From Hydrogenophaga intermedia (GTDB lineage: Bacteria > Pseudomonadota > Alphaproteobacteria > Sphingomonadales > Sphingomonadaceae), in contig CALRRI020000027.1 of assembly GCA_943370475.1 (NCBI GenBank), forward strand, positions 22 to 64,021: a DNA stretch of 64,000 nt. The letters run 5' to 3'. The position numbers were made by a program, and so were the translations under genes. Positions 1 to 8,887 of this stretch are shown piece by piece. Below the pieces are notes generated by a model. The model was given only the letters and a program-made list of their open reading frames with translations, made no database searches and was not told the DNA's origin. The first letter of the stretch is position 1; each line of letters starts with the position of its first letter.

Positions 1-14
1 CGCAAGGGAGCGCG

Positions 15-1103
15 TCACATCAACCGTGCGCGATCCTTACAGGGGGTCCCTTTTGCGCGCCGATAAGGGGTCCCGTTTGGACGCCGATTGACAACCAGTG
101 ACAGGGCTACGGTATCGGCGATCTCCGATTGTACCGCGAATACATCTTCCAGTTGCCGATCAAAGGATTCGGCCCATTGGACCACCGCGCCCTCTATCTG
201 TACGAGTTCGGCAGAAACCCGGATCCGGGCGGCATCGCGCTGCACGCTGCCACGCAAGATATAGTCCACTCCAAGCTTGCGTCCGATGGCAAAATCGTCC
301 TCGGTCTCGACAACGCCCGAGGACGTGGGGGCAGATACGCGCAGCCGGGGATTGCGCGCCAGCACCGAGCGCAGCTCGTTTGACAGGCCATCGGGAAACC
401 AGGCCCCATTCCTGTTTCCGGTAAGGTCCGCAAATCTCAGGACGACCATCGACGCGCGCGCATCGCCCGCTGGGCTGAGGAGCCCTGCCTGCCAGACGCC
501 GATCAGTGATGCGCCGAACGCCAGGCCCGCACCGCCGGTGATCAGCGCGCGGCGCGATAGGCCTGATGTCTTTGCCGGTGCTACTGGAAACGCTTTCGGA
601 ACAGCAAATGGCGCAAGTGATCGCTCGGCCTGATCCATACGCGCCTTGACCGCACCCATGATCCGCTCAGCCTCGCGGCAGGCAGGGTCACCGGCCCAGC
701 CGGTGATGTCGAGAATCTGAAACTGGCGAAAACCCAGCGGTGCCATGGTTCCATCGATCGAGAGTGGGACCAGGCACCCCCGCTCCCGCCCCCGCTGGGC
801 TTCATCGCGCACCCAATGCGAGCCGACAGAGGTTTGGGACCACAAAACCAAGACGCAATCGGCTCCCTCCAGCGCAGTTTCCGTCGTGAGCAGATAGTTT
901 TCGCCGCCCTCCAGCCGTCCGTCCCACCAGACCTCTATGCCGTTTGCCTCCAGCAGAGCGATGACCGGGCGGGCATGGTCAAGATCGGTGCGCGAATAGC
1001 TCAGAAATACGAGCGGCCTGCGCAGTTCAGACCGGTCAATCTGGCCTGGCTCGGCTTCCACCCACATTTCCCCCGTTGCAATCGCCATACACGCTACAGG
1101 CAT
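15..1103 (-). CDS. TIR-domain transmembrane protein (cytoplasmic TIR, one TM helix, periplasmic TolB-N-like module); C-terminus looks truncated
   Basis: 362-aa ORF. The N-terminus has a bacterial TIR signature, 'LVFLSYSRTD...VLVLWSQTSVGSHWVRDEAQRG', including the conserved W-x-x-E glutamate. A hydrophobic helix follows ('ALITGGAGLAFGASLIGVWQAGLL'). Then comes 'VVLRFADLTGN...GVDYILRGSVQRD...VFAVQSEIADTVALSL', a module that in my experience precedes TPR repeats. Here the ORF instead ends 26 codons later, inside a tandem DNA repeat. Confidence 0.7.
   Translation of the reverse strand: MPVACMAIATGEMWVEAEPGQIDRSELRRPLVFLSYSRTDLDHARPVIALLEANGIEVWWDGRLEGGENYLLTTETALEGADCVLVLWSQTSVGSHWVRDEAQRGRERGCLVPLSIDGTMAPLGFRQFQILDITGWAGDPACREAERIMGAVKARMDQAERSLAPFAVPKAFPVAPAKTSGLSRRALITGGAGLAFGASLIGVWQAGLLSPAGDARASMVVLRFADLTGNRNGAWFPDGLSNELRSVLARNPRLRVSAPTSSGVVETEDDFAIGRKLGVDYILRGSVQRDAARIRVSAELVQIEGAVVQWAESFDRQLEDVFAVQSEIADTVALSLVVNRRPNGTPYRRAKGTPCKDRARLM
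43..90. repeat. imperfect tandem direct repeat, 2 x ~24 nt
   Basis: The units are GGGGTCCCTTTTGCGCGCCGAT (43-64) and GGGGTCCCGTTTGGACGCCGAT (67-88). They are 19/22 identical by hand alignment. On the minus strand they encode the repeated tail RRPNGTP / RRAKGTP of the TIR ORF. Confidence 0.6.
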
Positions 1104-1253
1104 CTGGACTGCAGGCCAAGCAATGCCTTACACAAGGCACGGCAGCTTGGTCTCGCCAGAAATGCCTAGGAACCGGTACTCAGGCCATGGTGCAGGACTT
1201 GCCGACCAACGCTGGCGAAGTCACCTGCCGCGTTGAGTGGTTCGTGTTGACCG

Positions 1254-1520
1254 TTAACATTGGATATCTTCCGCCGCCATGCTGGCCAGGACCAACCCTT
1301 CGGCAAGCATTCGATTTGCAGTTGCAATGCCATGAAGGCCGCAGGAACGTTGATTGTCGGCTTCTGTGACAATCAGCCATTCGCCATGCAAGTGGTGAAC
1401 GACTGGAAAGTCCCATTTATTCACTTCATGGTAACCGGCAGCAGTCCGCCAAAGCCGTTCTTTCACGACCGACAAAAGGAACATCTGGTTCCCCCAGAAG
1501 CCGCCATGCCGCGTTTTCAA
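1254..1520 (-). CDS. hypothetical small protein (88 aa from TTG, 76 aa from the first ATG)
   Basis: The ORF start (TTG at 1520) overlaps the integrase stop codon (1517-1519). It lies in a lower-GC stretch and I recognise no domain. It could be an island accessory gene or a chance ORF. Confidence 0.25.
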   Translation of the reverse strand: MKTRHGGFWGNQMFLLSVVKERLWRTAAGYHEVNKWDFPVVHHLHGEWLIVTEADNQRSCGLHGIATANRMLAEGLVLASMAAEDIQC

Positions 1521-2725
1521 CAGGCTCCTGATCCCAGAATGTTAGCAATGTGGTCATTCCACATGGCCAAGGCTTCGCGCTTTTCCCTTTTCCAGTCGTG
1601 CCGCTGGTACACTCCCGCGACGCCTGCTCGCGAGCCGCCAACATGATTCAGAACCGCTTCGGTCACTTCAAAGCGGACACCTAATCGCTGAAAACCGGTC
1701 GCAAGAGTGCGACGCAGATCATGCAAACGCCACGGTTGCATGGGTTCACCCCCGGCCTCGACCACGAGCCGATCAAGTTTCAACTTGCCTTTATGATACG
1801 CCGTAAAGCCTGCGCCAGACGAAGTGGCGAAAACCTTACCGCGGCGCGGCCAAGTCGTTGAGCGGGCAACGTCATTGAGCACGGCGACAGCAAGAGCATT
1901 GAGCGGAACCACGTTCGGCTCTCCATTCTTTGACCGAATGCCCGGCAGCGTCCAGATCAGCTCTGACTGATCCAACTCCTCCCAGGCCAACGAAGCGACT
2001 TCCTCGCGACGCTGCCCGGTGACAATCAACAGCCGCACGATCGGGCCGAAGCATGGATGGGTGTGATAGGTCTGACGCCAAATTCGGCCGAGCTCATCGT
2101 CGGACAACCATCTATCCCTCGGCTTGACCGCTGGCGGTGTCTCCATGCCCTCCATTGGGCTGCGATCGATGTCACCTCTGCTCACTGCCCAGCGGAACAG
2201 CCTCCGCAATACGGCAAAGACATTGCGCCTGTTGGCAAGCTGCGACTGCGGCATACGATCAAAAACGGCGACGACATCAGAGCGCTTGATCTTGGGCAGC
2301 GGTCGTTTTCCAAGCACCGGTGTGACATGCAGCCTCAATGACCGAGCAACTTGGTCTTTCCAACCAAGCTTAACGAGCGACCGCTCAAACCTCAGCGCAT
2401 AGTTGTCGAACGCCAGATCAACGGCTTCGCGTCGACGTTGCCGGTCGGCTTCTGCAGGATCAGTCCCCTGCGCAATCAGGATAAGCAGGCGCTGCGCTTC
2501 GTCTCGCGCAGTTGTTGGTGTCCAGGGTGATCCGTGGCTTCCGATCGTATAGCGGCGCGTACTGGACTCCCGACCGCCCATTCTGAACTGCAGGACATAT
2601 GTGACAGCCCCAGTTTTGGAGAACCTTGCACCAAATCCCTTGATGCCATCATCCCAGACGAAGCCTTCAAACTTCTGCGCGATCCGCGCATCCACAGACC
2701 TTTTCGTGATCTTTCCACTCGCCAT
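1517..2725 (-). CDS. int: site-specific tyrosine recombinase / phage-type (P4-like) integrase
   Basis: The N-terminus 'KITKRSVDA...GFGARFSKTGAVTYVLQFRMGG' resembles the DUF4102-type arm-binding domain. Catalytic motifs are present: 'TGQRREEV', 'HDLRRTLAT' and 'LNH...GVYQRH' (R, H-x-x-R, Y). I prefer the ATG at 2725, preceded by GGAGG; the ORF track extends to a GTG at 2758. Confidence 0.9.
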   Translation of the reverse strand: MASGKITKRSVDARIAQKFEGFVWDDGIKGFGARFSKTGAVTYVLQFRMGGRESSTRRYTIGSHGSPWTPTTARDEAQRLLILIAQGTDPAEADRQRRREAVDLAFDNYALRFERSLVKLGWKDQVARSLRLHVTPVLGKRPLPKIKRSDVVAVFDRMPQSQLANRRNVFAVLRRLFRWAVSRGDIDRSPMEGMETPPAVKPRDRWLSDDELGRIWRQTYHTHPCFGPIVRLLIVTGQRREEVASLAWEELDQSELIWTLPGIRSKNGEPNVVPLNALAVAVLNDVARSTTWPRRGKVFATSSGAGFTAYHKGKLKLDRLVVEAGGEPMQPWRLHDLRRTLATGFQRLGVRFEVTEAVLNHVGGSRAGVAGVYQRHDWKREKREALAMWNDHIANILGSGAC

Positions 2726-2751
2726 TTCGGGTCCTCCAAGCTCGCGCCTAG

Positions 2752-2784
2752 CAATCACCGAGTAATCACCGAGTAATCACCGAA
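2752..2784. repeat. three tandem 11-bp units (C/T)AATCACCGA(G/A) directly upstream of int
   Basis: The sequence reads caatcaccgag taatcaccgag taatcaccgaa. It lies 27-59 nt upstream of the preferred int start codon, in a low-GC spacer next to the trmB stop. Confidence 0.7.
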
Positions 2785-2865
2785 GCGGAAAACGCCGCCA
2801 ATGAGCGAAAACCATAGAGGATCTAAAGCACTGGAAAAACACACTTTTTGTACTCTAGGCTACGC

Positions 2866-3561
2866 TCAAATACGCCTGTACCTAAAGTACCAGACCTCGT
2901 GCCCCTGCGCGCGGGCCTTGGCCTCGTAGCGGGTCTCGGGCCAGCCGCCGGGGCGGGTGAGGAAATCCTTAGGCTTTTCGCAGAGCCAGTCGAACGCCGG
3001 ATGGTCGTTCATCACCATCATCGCATGCGCGACATAGATCGGGTGATCGGTGCCGAAGCGGAATTCGCCGCCGGGCTTGAGCTTGGCGGCGATCAGATCG
3101 ACCGGGCCGGAGTTCATCATCCGCCGCTTGGCATGCCGTGCCTTGGGCCAGGGATCGGGATGGAGCAGATAGACGAAGCTCAGGCTTCCATCGGGCACGC
3201 GTTCGAGCACATCGATGGCATTGCCCATGTGCAGCCGGACATTGGGCAGATGCAGTTCGCGCACATGCTGCAGCGCGCCGACGACACCGTTGAGAAATGG
3301 CTCAGCCCCGATGAAGCCGTGATCGGGCAGCATGTCGGCGCGATAGGCCATATGCTCGCCCGAACCGAAGCCGATCTCGAAATGCAGCGGCCGGCTATCG
3401 CCGAACAGCCGTTCGGACGTGATCTCGCCTTCCTCGGGCACGCTGATCTGGGGGAGAAGCTTCTCCACCAGCTCGGCCTGGCCTAGGCGCAATTTGTGGT
3501 TCTGCTGACGGCCATAAAGCCGCCGCACCGAAACGGGATCTCCGGGTTTGTACGCGGTCAT
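2866..3561 (-). CDS. trmB: tRNA (guanine46-N7)-methyltransferase
   Basis: 231 aa. Contains 'EIGFGSGEH...LLHPDPWPKARHAKRRM...RFGTDH...ETRYEAKA', typical of TrmB. Confidence 0.9.
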   Translation of the reverse strand: MTAYKPGDPVSVRRLYGRQQNHKLRLGQAELVEKLLPQISVPEEGEITSERLFGDSRPLHFEIGFGSGEHMAYRADMLPDHGFIGAEPFLNGVVGALQHVRELHLPNVRLHMGNAIDVLERVPDGSLSFVYLLHPDPWPKARHAKRRMMNSGPVDLIAAKLKPGGEFRFGTDHPIYVAHAMMVMNDHPAFDWLCEKPKDFLTRPGGWPETRYEAKARAQGHEVWYFRYRRI

Positions 3562-3660
3562 GGGCGAAAGCGCTTAGCGAACGCGGGCGGCGATGCAAGC
3601 GGTTAGACTCCGTCTGCGCGAGCGATTGACCCAATCTATCGGCGCGCTGCGGCGGTCTGA

Positions 3661-5430
3661 ATGGCAAGCGGCTTGTCTGCTGCGCAGACCTTATTTACAG
3701 TGATGTCAATGACAGACGATCGCACCTCAGCTTCGCCCGCCGCTTCGGCGTTTCCCGGCAACGCCCAGCCTATCTGGACAACGCATTACAACCATCCGTG
3801 CGCCTGGGATCAGCAGTTCGCGCCGCTGTCGCTGCCCGACATGTTCTTCCGCTCGGCCGGGCGCAAGGGCACCGCGCCGTTGCTCGATTTCATGGGCCGC
3901 AAGTACAGCTATGCCGAGACCGCATCGGGCGTGTGCCGCGTCGCCAAGGGGCTGCAGGCGCTGGGCGTAGGCAAGGGCGACCGGATCGGCCTGTTCCTGC
4001 CCAACGTGCCGCATTATGTCGCGGCCTATTACGGCGCGATGGCCGCAGGCGCGACGGTGGTCAATTTCTCGCCGCTCTATACCGTGGACGAGCTGGCGCA
4101 TCAGGTTGCCGACAGCGGCACCACGATCCTGTTCACGCTGTCTGCCGCAGCGTTGCTGCCGACCGCGCTCAAGGTGCTCAATCAGTCGGGGCTGGAGCGG
4201 CTGGTGGTCGGGTCGGTTGCCGGTGCACTGCCTTCGGGCAAGGCTCTGTTCTACCGGTTGTTCAAGGGCAAGGAGACCGCCGAGCGGCCCGACGACGCGC
4301 GCATCACCAGCTTTTCCGACCTGATCGACAATGATGGCGCCTTCACGCCGGTCCCGATCGATGCGGAGCGCGATATCGCGCTGTTCCAGTATACCGGCGG
4401 CACCACCGGCACGCCCAAGGGCGCGATGCTGAGCCACCAGAACCTCTCGGCCAACGCGCGGCAGGTCAATGCCATCGATCCGCGCAATGGCGATGGCGAC
4501 GACCGCATCCTGGGCGTGCTGCCGTTCTTTCACGTGTTCGCCAACACCTGCGTGCTCAATCGAACGGTCTTGAACGGCGGCGAAATCGTCATGCTGCCGC
4601 GCTTCGAGGCGGTCGCGGCGCTGAAGGCGATCACCCGCACCAAGGTCACCGCGCTGCCCGGCGTGCCAACGATGTACCAGGCGCTTCTCGACAGTCCGCA
4701 GATCGCGCAGACCGATTTCGCCTCGCTGCGCGCCTGCATCTCGGGCGGTGCGCCGCTGGCGGTCGAGGTCAAGGCACGGTTCGAGCAGGCGACCGGCGCG
4801 AACGTGGTCGAAGGCTATGGCCTCACCGAAAGCAGCGGCGTCGTCTCGACCAACCCTTATGAGGGGCTCAACAAGCCCGGCACCATCGGCCAGCCGCTGC
4901 CCGGAACAATCGTGCGGCTGGTCGACAAGGAAGACCCGACCAAGGACGTCGCCCCCGGCGAACCTGGCGAGATCATCTTTGCAGGGCCCCAGGTGATGCG
5001 CGGCTACTGGAACCGGCCCGACGCCGACGCAGAGGTGTTCATCGGCGACTATCTGCGCACCGGCGATGTCGGCCAGATCGACGAGGACGGCTATATCTGC
5101 ATCGTCGACCGCATCAAGGACATGATCTCGGTGGGCGGCTTCAAGGTCTTCCCCAGCCAGATCGAGGAGGTGCTCTATCGGCACCCGGCGGTGAAGGAGG
5201 CTTTGGTGATCGGCATTCCCGATCCCTATCGTGGCGAAAGCCCCAAGGCGTTTGTCGCACTGCAGGACGAGGCCGAGGTCGACGGGCCAGCGCTGATGGC
5301 CTGGCTCAACCCGCAGCTCGGCAAGCACGAGCGCGTGGCGGCCGTCGATATCCGCGATTCCCTGCCCAAGACTCTGATCGGCAAGCTCGACCGCAAAGCG
5401 CTTCGCCAGGCCGAGGGCATTACGGCATAA
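3661..5430 (+). CDS. long-chain fatty acid--CoA ligase (AMP-dependent synthetase)
   Basis: AMP-binding motifs 'YTGGTTGTPKGAML', 'GYGLTE' and 'TGDVG...DRIKD'. The start is uncertain; in-frame ATGs also occur at 3703 and 3709. Confidence 0.9.
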   Translation: MASGLSAAQTLFTVMSMTDDRTSASPAASAFPGNAQPIWTTHYNHPCAWDQQFAPLSLPDMFFRSAGRKGTAPLLDFMGRKYSYAETASGVCRVAKGLQALGVGKGDRIGLFLPNVPHYVAAYYGAMAAGATVVNFSPLYTVDELAHQVADSGTTILFTLSAAALLPTALKVLNQSGLERLVVGSVAGALPSGKALFYRLFKGKETAERPDDARITSFSDLIDNDGAFTPVPIDAERDIALFQYTGGTTGTPKGAMLSHQNLSANARQVNAIDPRNGDGDDRILGVLPFFHVFANTCVLNRTVLNGGEIVMLPRFEAVAALKAITRTKVTALPGVPTMYQALLDSPQIAQTDFASLRACISGGAPLAVEVKARFEQATGANVVEGYGLTESSGVVSTNPYEGLNKPGTIGQPLPGTIVRLVDKEDPTKDVAPGEPGEIIFAGPQVMRGYWNRPDADAEVFIGDYLRTGDVGQIDEDGYICIVDRIKDMISVGGFKVFPSQIEEVLYRHPAVKEALVIGIPDPYRGESPKAFVALQDEAEVDGPALMAWLNPQLGKHERVAAVDIRDSLPKTLIGKLDRKALRQAEGITA

Positions 5431-5537
5431 GGCGCGCAATCCTGCCCGGTTAACGCCTCTTGCCAAGCTGTCATCGCAGTGACACACTCCCCCAATTGCA
5501 GGGGTGGGGCCCTGCATGGAAAGGCAGGGGAACGCCG

Positions 5538-5936
5538 ATGCCCAATGCTATTGAAAAGCGGTTCGAAGCCGCGCGTTACAATTCCGGAATCGTGACCGAA
5601 GTTGCACCCGAAACGGTGTGGGAAAAGCGCGTCAGCAACCATGTCGCGTATGCGCTGCTCGCCTATACCGGTCTGCAGATCTTCGTCGTGATGGGGGCGA
5701 TCAAGGGCGAGGGCATGTCGATCCTGCCCTATCTGGGTCTGATCGTGCTGGTGGGGCTGGTCATTCCGCTGTGTCGCCGCGTTGAGAAGCGCTGGCAGCG
5801 CATGGCGCGCAGCAATGCCTCCGAAGCGACACTCGCCGCCGCCTATAGCAGCGACCGGCTGGGCATCTGGCTGTTCGCGATCGGTTTTCCCTTCGCATTC
5901 GTGCTGCTGGTCAAGGGTCTTGCCGCGCTGTTCTGA
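5538..5936 (+). CDS. hypothetical inner-membrane protein
   Basis: The ATG at 5538 is preceded by AGGGGA. The protein has three hydrophobic helices ('VAYALLAYTGLQIFVVMGAI', 'ILPYLGLIVLVGLVIPL', 'IWLFAIGFPFAFVLLV'). I recognise no domain. Confidence 0.55.
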   Translation: MPNAIEKRFEAARYNSGIVTEVAPETVWEKRVSNHVAYALLAYTGLQIFVVMGAIKGEGMSILPYLGLIVLVGLVIPLCRRVEKRWQRMARSNASEATLAAAYSSDRLGIWLFAIGFPFAFVLLVKGLAALF

Positions 5937-6044
5937 TCAGTCACGGTTTGATTGACCATCTCCTGCCAGCAGGATTGTGGGTCTGGCGCGATTTCCGAGT
6001 CGTGGAATGTTCCATTCCACTCGAAATCACTCTAAACGCTACTG

Positions 6045-7391
6045 ATGCAGACACCCGACCAAGCCAGAGACCTGGCGCAAGATCTCGTTGCCCGCGCTAT
6101 CGCCGCAGGCGCGAGCGCCGCCGATGCGGTCTTCGCCTGCGATGCCTCCACCGATGTGCAGATTCGCCTGGGCGCGCTCGAGGACGTGCAGCGTTCCGAG
6201 AGTGCCGCGATTGGCCTGCGCGTGTTCCACGGCAAGCGTTCCGCCAGCGTATCGGGCGCCGATGTCAGTGCATCGGGCCTCGCAACCCTGGCCGAGCGCG
6301 CAGTCGCAATGGCCAGGCTTGCGCCTGAAGACGCCTATGCAGGGCTAGCCCCCGAAGAGATGCTGGCGCGCGGGCCGCTCCCCGACCTGCAGCTCGATGA
6401 CCAGGGCGATCCCGACCCGGCGCTGCTGCGCGATCTGGCCGAACGCTGCGAGGATGCCGCGCGCGCGGTGCCCGGCGTCACCAACAGCGAGGGCGGTTCG
6501 GCAGGCGCGGTGCGTTCGGTCATGGCGCTGGCCACCAGCCACGGCTTTACCGGAAGCTATGGCGGCAGCCGCTATGGCATCGGTGCCAGCGTGCTTGCGG
6601 GCAGCGACGGCAAGATGGAGCGCGATTCGGCATCGCACAGCGTCCGCTTTCTTGCCGACCTCGAATCGCCTGACGACATTGGTCGGCGCGCCGGCGAACG
6701 CGCGGTGGCGCGGTTGGGCGGCGGCAGGGTGGAGAGCGGGCCGATGCCGGTGATCTACGACCGCCGCGCGGGCGGATCGTTGATCGGATCACTGCTCGGT
6801 GCGATCTCGGGCGGCGCGATCGCGCGCAAGACCAGCTTCCTGCTCGAAAAGCGCGGCGCCCGGATCTTCGACCCGATGGTCTCGATCATCGATGATCCGC
6901 ACCGCATCCGCGGTCTGCGCTCGCGCAGTTTCGACGGCGAAGGGCTCGCCACAGCGCCTTTTCGCGTGATCGATCAGGGCGTGCTCACCGGCTGGATGAT
7001 GGACAGCGCCTCGGCGCGTCAGCTGGGCGAGGCCCCGACCGGCCACGCCGCCCGCGGCATCAGCGGTGCACCGTCGACGGGGGCAAGCAATGTCCATATG
7101 GCAGCGGGGCAAGATAGCCCCACAGCGCTGATGGCGGGGATCACCACCGGACTGTATGTCACCGAACTGATCGGCATGGGTGTCAACGGCGTGACCGGCG
7201 ATTACAGCCGCGGCGCCAGCGGCTTCATCATCCGCGATGGCGTGCTGGCAGAGCCGGTCAGCGAGATCACGATCGCGGGCAACCTCATCGACATGTTTGC
7301 AGCGCTGATTCCGGCGGACGATCTGGAATTCCGCTATGCGGTCAACGTGCCGACACTGCGCATCGACGGCATGGTCGTGGCGAGCAGCTGA
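6045..7391 (+). CDS. pmbA: PmbA/TldE-family metalloprotease
   Basis: 448 aa with PmbA/TldD-family similarity along its length, e.g. 'GSYGGSRY...', 'GxxTGHAARG' and 'GDYSRGASGFxIxxG'. Confidence 0.85.
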   Translation: MQTPDQARDLAQDLVARAIAAGASAADAVFACDASTDVQIRLGALEDVQRSESAAIGLRVFHGKRSASVSGADVSASGLATLAERAVAMARLAPEDAYAGLAPEEMLARGPLPDLQLDDQGDPDPALLRDLAERCEDAARAVPGVTNSEGGSAGAVRSVMALATSHGFTGSYGGSRYGIGASVLAGSDGKMERDSASHSVRFLADLESPDDIGRRAGERAVARLGGGRVESGPMPVIYDRRAGGSLIGSLLGAISGGAIARKTSFLLEKRGARIFDPMVSIIDDPHRIRGLRSRSFDGEGLATAPFRVIDQGVLTGWMMDSASARQLGEAPTGHAARGISGAPSTGASNVHMAAGQDSPTALMAGITTGLYVTELIGMGVNGVTGDYSRGASGFIIRDGVLAEPVSEITIAGNLIDMFAALIPADDLEFRYAVNVPTLRIDGMVVASS

Positions 7392-8866
7392 TGCCGATGA
7401 CGCGCCTCTCCGGCCTTCTGGGCGTTATGCTGGCAACGATGCTGCTGAGCGGCTGCGGCGGTTGGCGCAATCAGGGGCAGCCGCCGCGCACCGATGATGC
7501 GATCACCATCAAGCCCCAGGCTTCGCTGGTGTCTGTTCCCGTCGAGGCGGAACTGGGCAATCTGTCGCGCGCGCTCGAACGCCATGTGCCGCGCGAATTG
7601 TGGCGGATCAATGAACGCGGCCAGACCTGCGTCGCCAGCAAGGCGATCGATCTGGGGATCGCGAAGCTCAAGACGCCCAAGATCAAGTGCAACATCGTCG
7701 GCGAGGTGACGCGCGGCCCGGTGCGGGTGGCAGGCTCGGGCAAGGAGCTGCGGTTTTCCTTTCCGATCACCGCCGTCGTGCGCGCCGAGGACATCGGCGG
7801 CGTGCTGAAGCGCGAAACCGCGACCGCCAAGGCGATGGCGCATGCGGTCGTCCGGATCGATCTGCAGCCGGACTGGTCGCCGCGCGGTACGGTCAAGCTG
7901 AGCTATGACTGGCTTGCCGAACCGCATGTCGATTTTCTGGGCCAGCGGATCAAGCTGACCGCGCCTGCGGAACGCGAGCTGGCACCGATCATCGCCAAGC
8001 TGGAGCGCGAGCTGCCCGGTGAACTCGGGCGGATCGGTGTCCAGCGGCAGATCAGGCAGGCCTGGGCGAGCGCCTTTACCGCGGTGGTGCTCAACGAGCG
8101 CAACCCCGAGGTGTGGATGCGGATCACCCCGCGCGCGCTGCAATATGGCGGCTATGAGGTGACCAACGGGCGGCTGCGGTTGCGGCTGGGGATGCGCGCG
8201 CTCACCGAAACCTATGTCGGGCACCGACCCAGACCTCGCAGCCCCACGCCGCTGCCACCGATGCAGCCGCTCGATGCCAAGTCCGGCGAGCTGTCGTTCT
8301 TCCTGCCGGTGTTCGCCGATTATCGCGCGCTCGAGCCGGTGCTGGTCAAGGCGCTGCGCAAGCGTTCGACGCGGCCGTTCATGGTGCCCGGGCTCGAACC
8401 TGTCGATGCGAAGTTCAAGTCGGTGACCATCTACGGCACCACCGGCGGGCGGATTGCGGTCGGGCTCACCTTTTCCGCGCAGGAGCGGGGCAGCAGGACG
8501 CCGACCTCGGGCACGGTCTGGATGACGGGCAAGCCGGTCAATGCCGAGGATTCGCGCCGCGTCGGCTTTACCGATTTCGGCGTGACCGGGACCACCGACA
8601 TGACCGGCGGCGACCTTATCCTCGATCTGGTCAACGCACCGGGCGTGGCGCCGATGATCGCCGACCTGCTCGCGCAGAATTTCGAGCGCGATTATGCCGA
8701 ACTGCTGGGCAAGGTCGACCGCGCCATCGAGACCAAGCGCGCCGGCGACGTGATCATCCACGCCGAGCTCAAACGCGCGAAGACCGGCCAGCTGCAAGCC
8801 GCAGGCGCAGGGCTTTACCTGCCAGTCTGGGCCAGCGGCACCGCGAGTGTCAGCATCGTCCCCTGA
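7391..8866 (+). CDS. DUF4403-like lipoprotein
   Basis: Lipoprotein signal 'LLGVMLATMLLSGCGG'. The start ATG shares one base with the pmbA TGA (TGATG). The family name is from memory of similar sphingomonad proteins. Confidence 0.7.
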   Translation: MPMTRLSGLLGVMLATMLLSGCGGWRNQGQPPRTDDAITIKPQASLVSVPVEAELGNLSRALERHVPRELWRINERGQTCVASKAIDLGIAKLKTPKIKCNIVGEVTRGPVRVAGSGKELRFSFPITAVVRAEDIGGVLKRETATAKAMAHAVVRIDLQPDWSPRGTVKLSYDWLAEPHVDFLGQRIKLTAPAERELAPIIAKLERELPGELGRIGVQRQIRQAWASAFTAVVLNERNPEVWMRITPRALQYGGYEVTNGRLRLRLGMRALTETYVGHRPRPRSPTPLPPMQPLDAKSGELSFFLPVFADYRALEPVLVKALRKRSTRPFMVPGLEPVDAKFKSVTIYGTTGGRIAVGLTFSAQERGSRTPTSGTVWMTGKPVNAEDSRRVGFTDFGVTGTTDMTGGDLILDLVNAPGVAPMIADLLAQNFERDYAELLGKVDRAIETKRAGDVIIHAELKRAKTGQLQAAGAGLYLPVWASGTASVSIVP

Positions 8867-8887
8867 AGCGTCGCAGCGCGTCGGGGC

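Noticed and set aside
3727-5517. A 596-aa ORF antisense to the acyl-CoA ligase. Similar long antisense ORFs occur elsewhere: 7334-8797, 11754-13919, 26054-27421, 29553-32159 (868 aa), 36620-38074, 44400-46130, 46285-47979, 49122-50708, 60045-60923 and 62327-63400.
   Set aside because: Each lies opposite a gene with strong, recognisable homology. Their translations are Arg/Ala/Gly/Asp-rich low-complexity strings with no motifs. In DNA this G+C-rich, stop-free antisense frames arise by chance, so I treat them as shadow ORFs.
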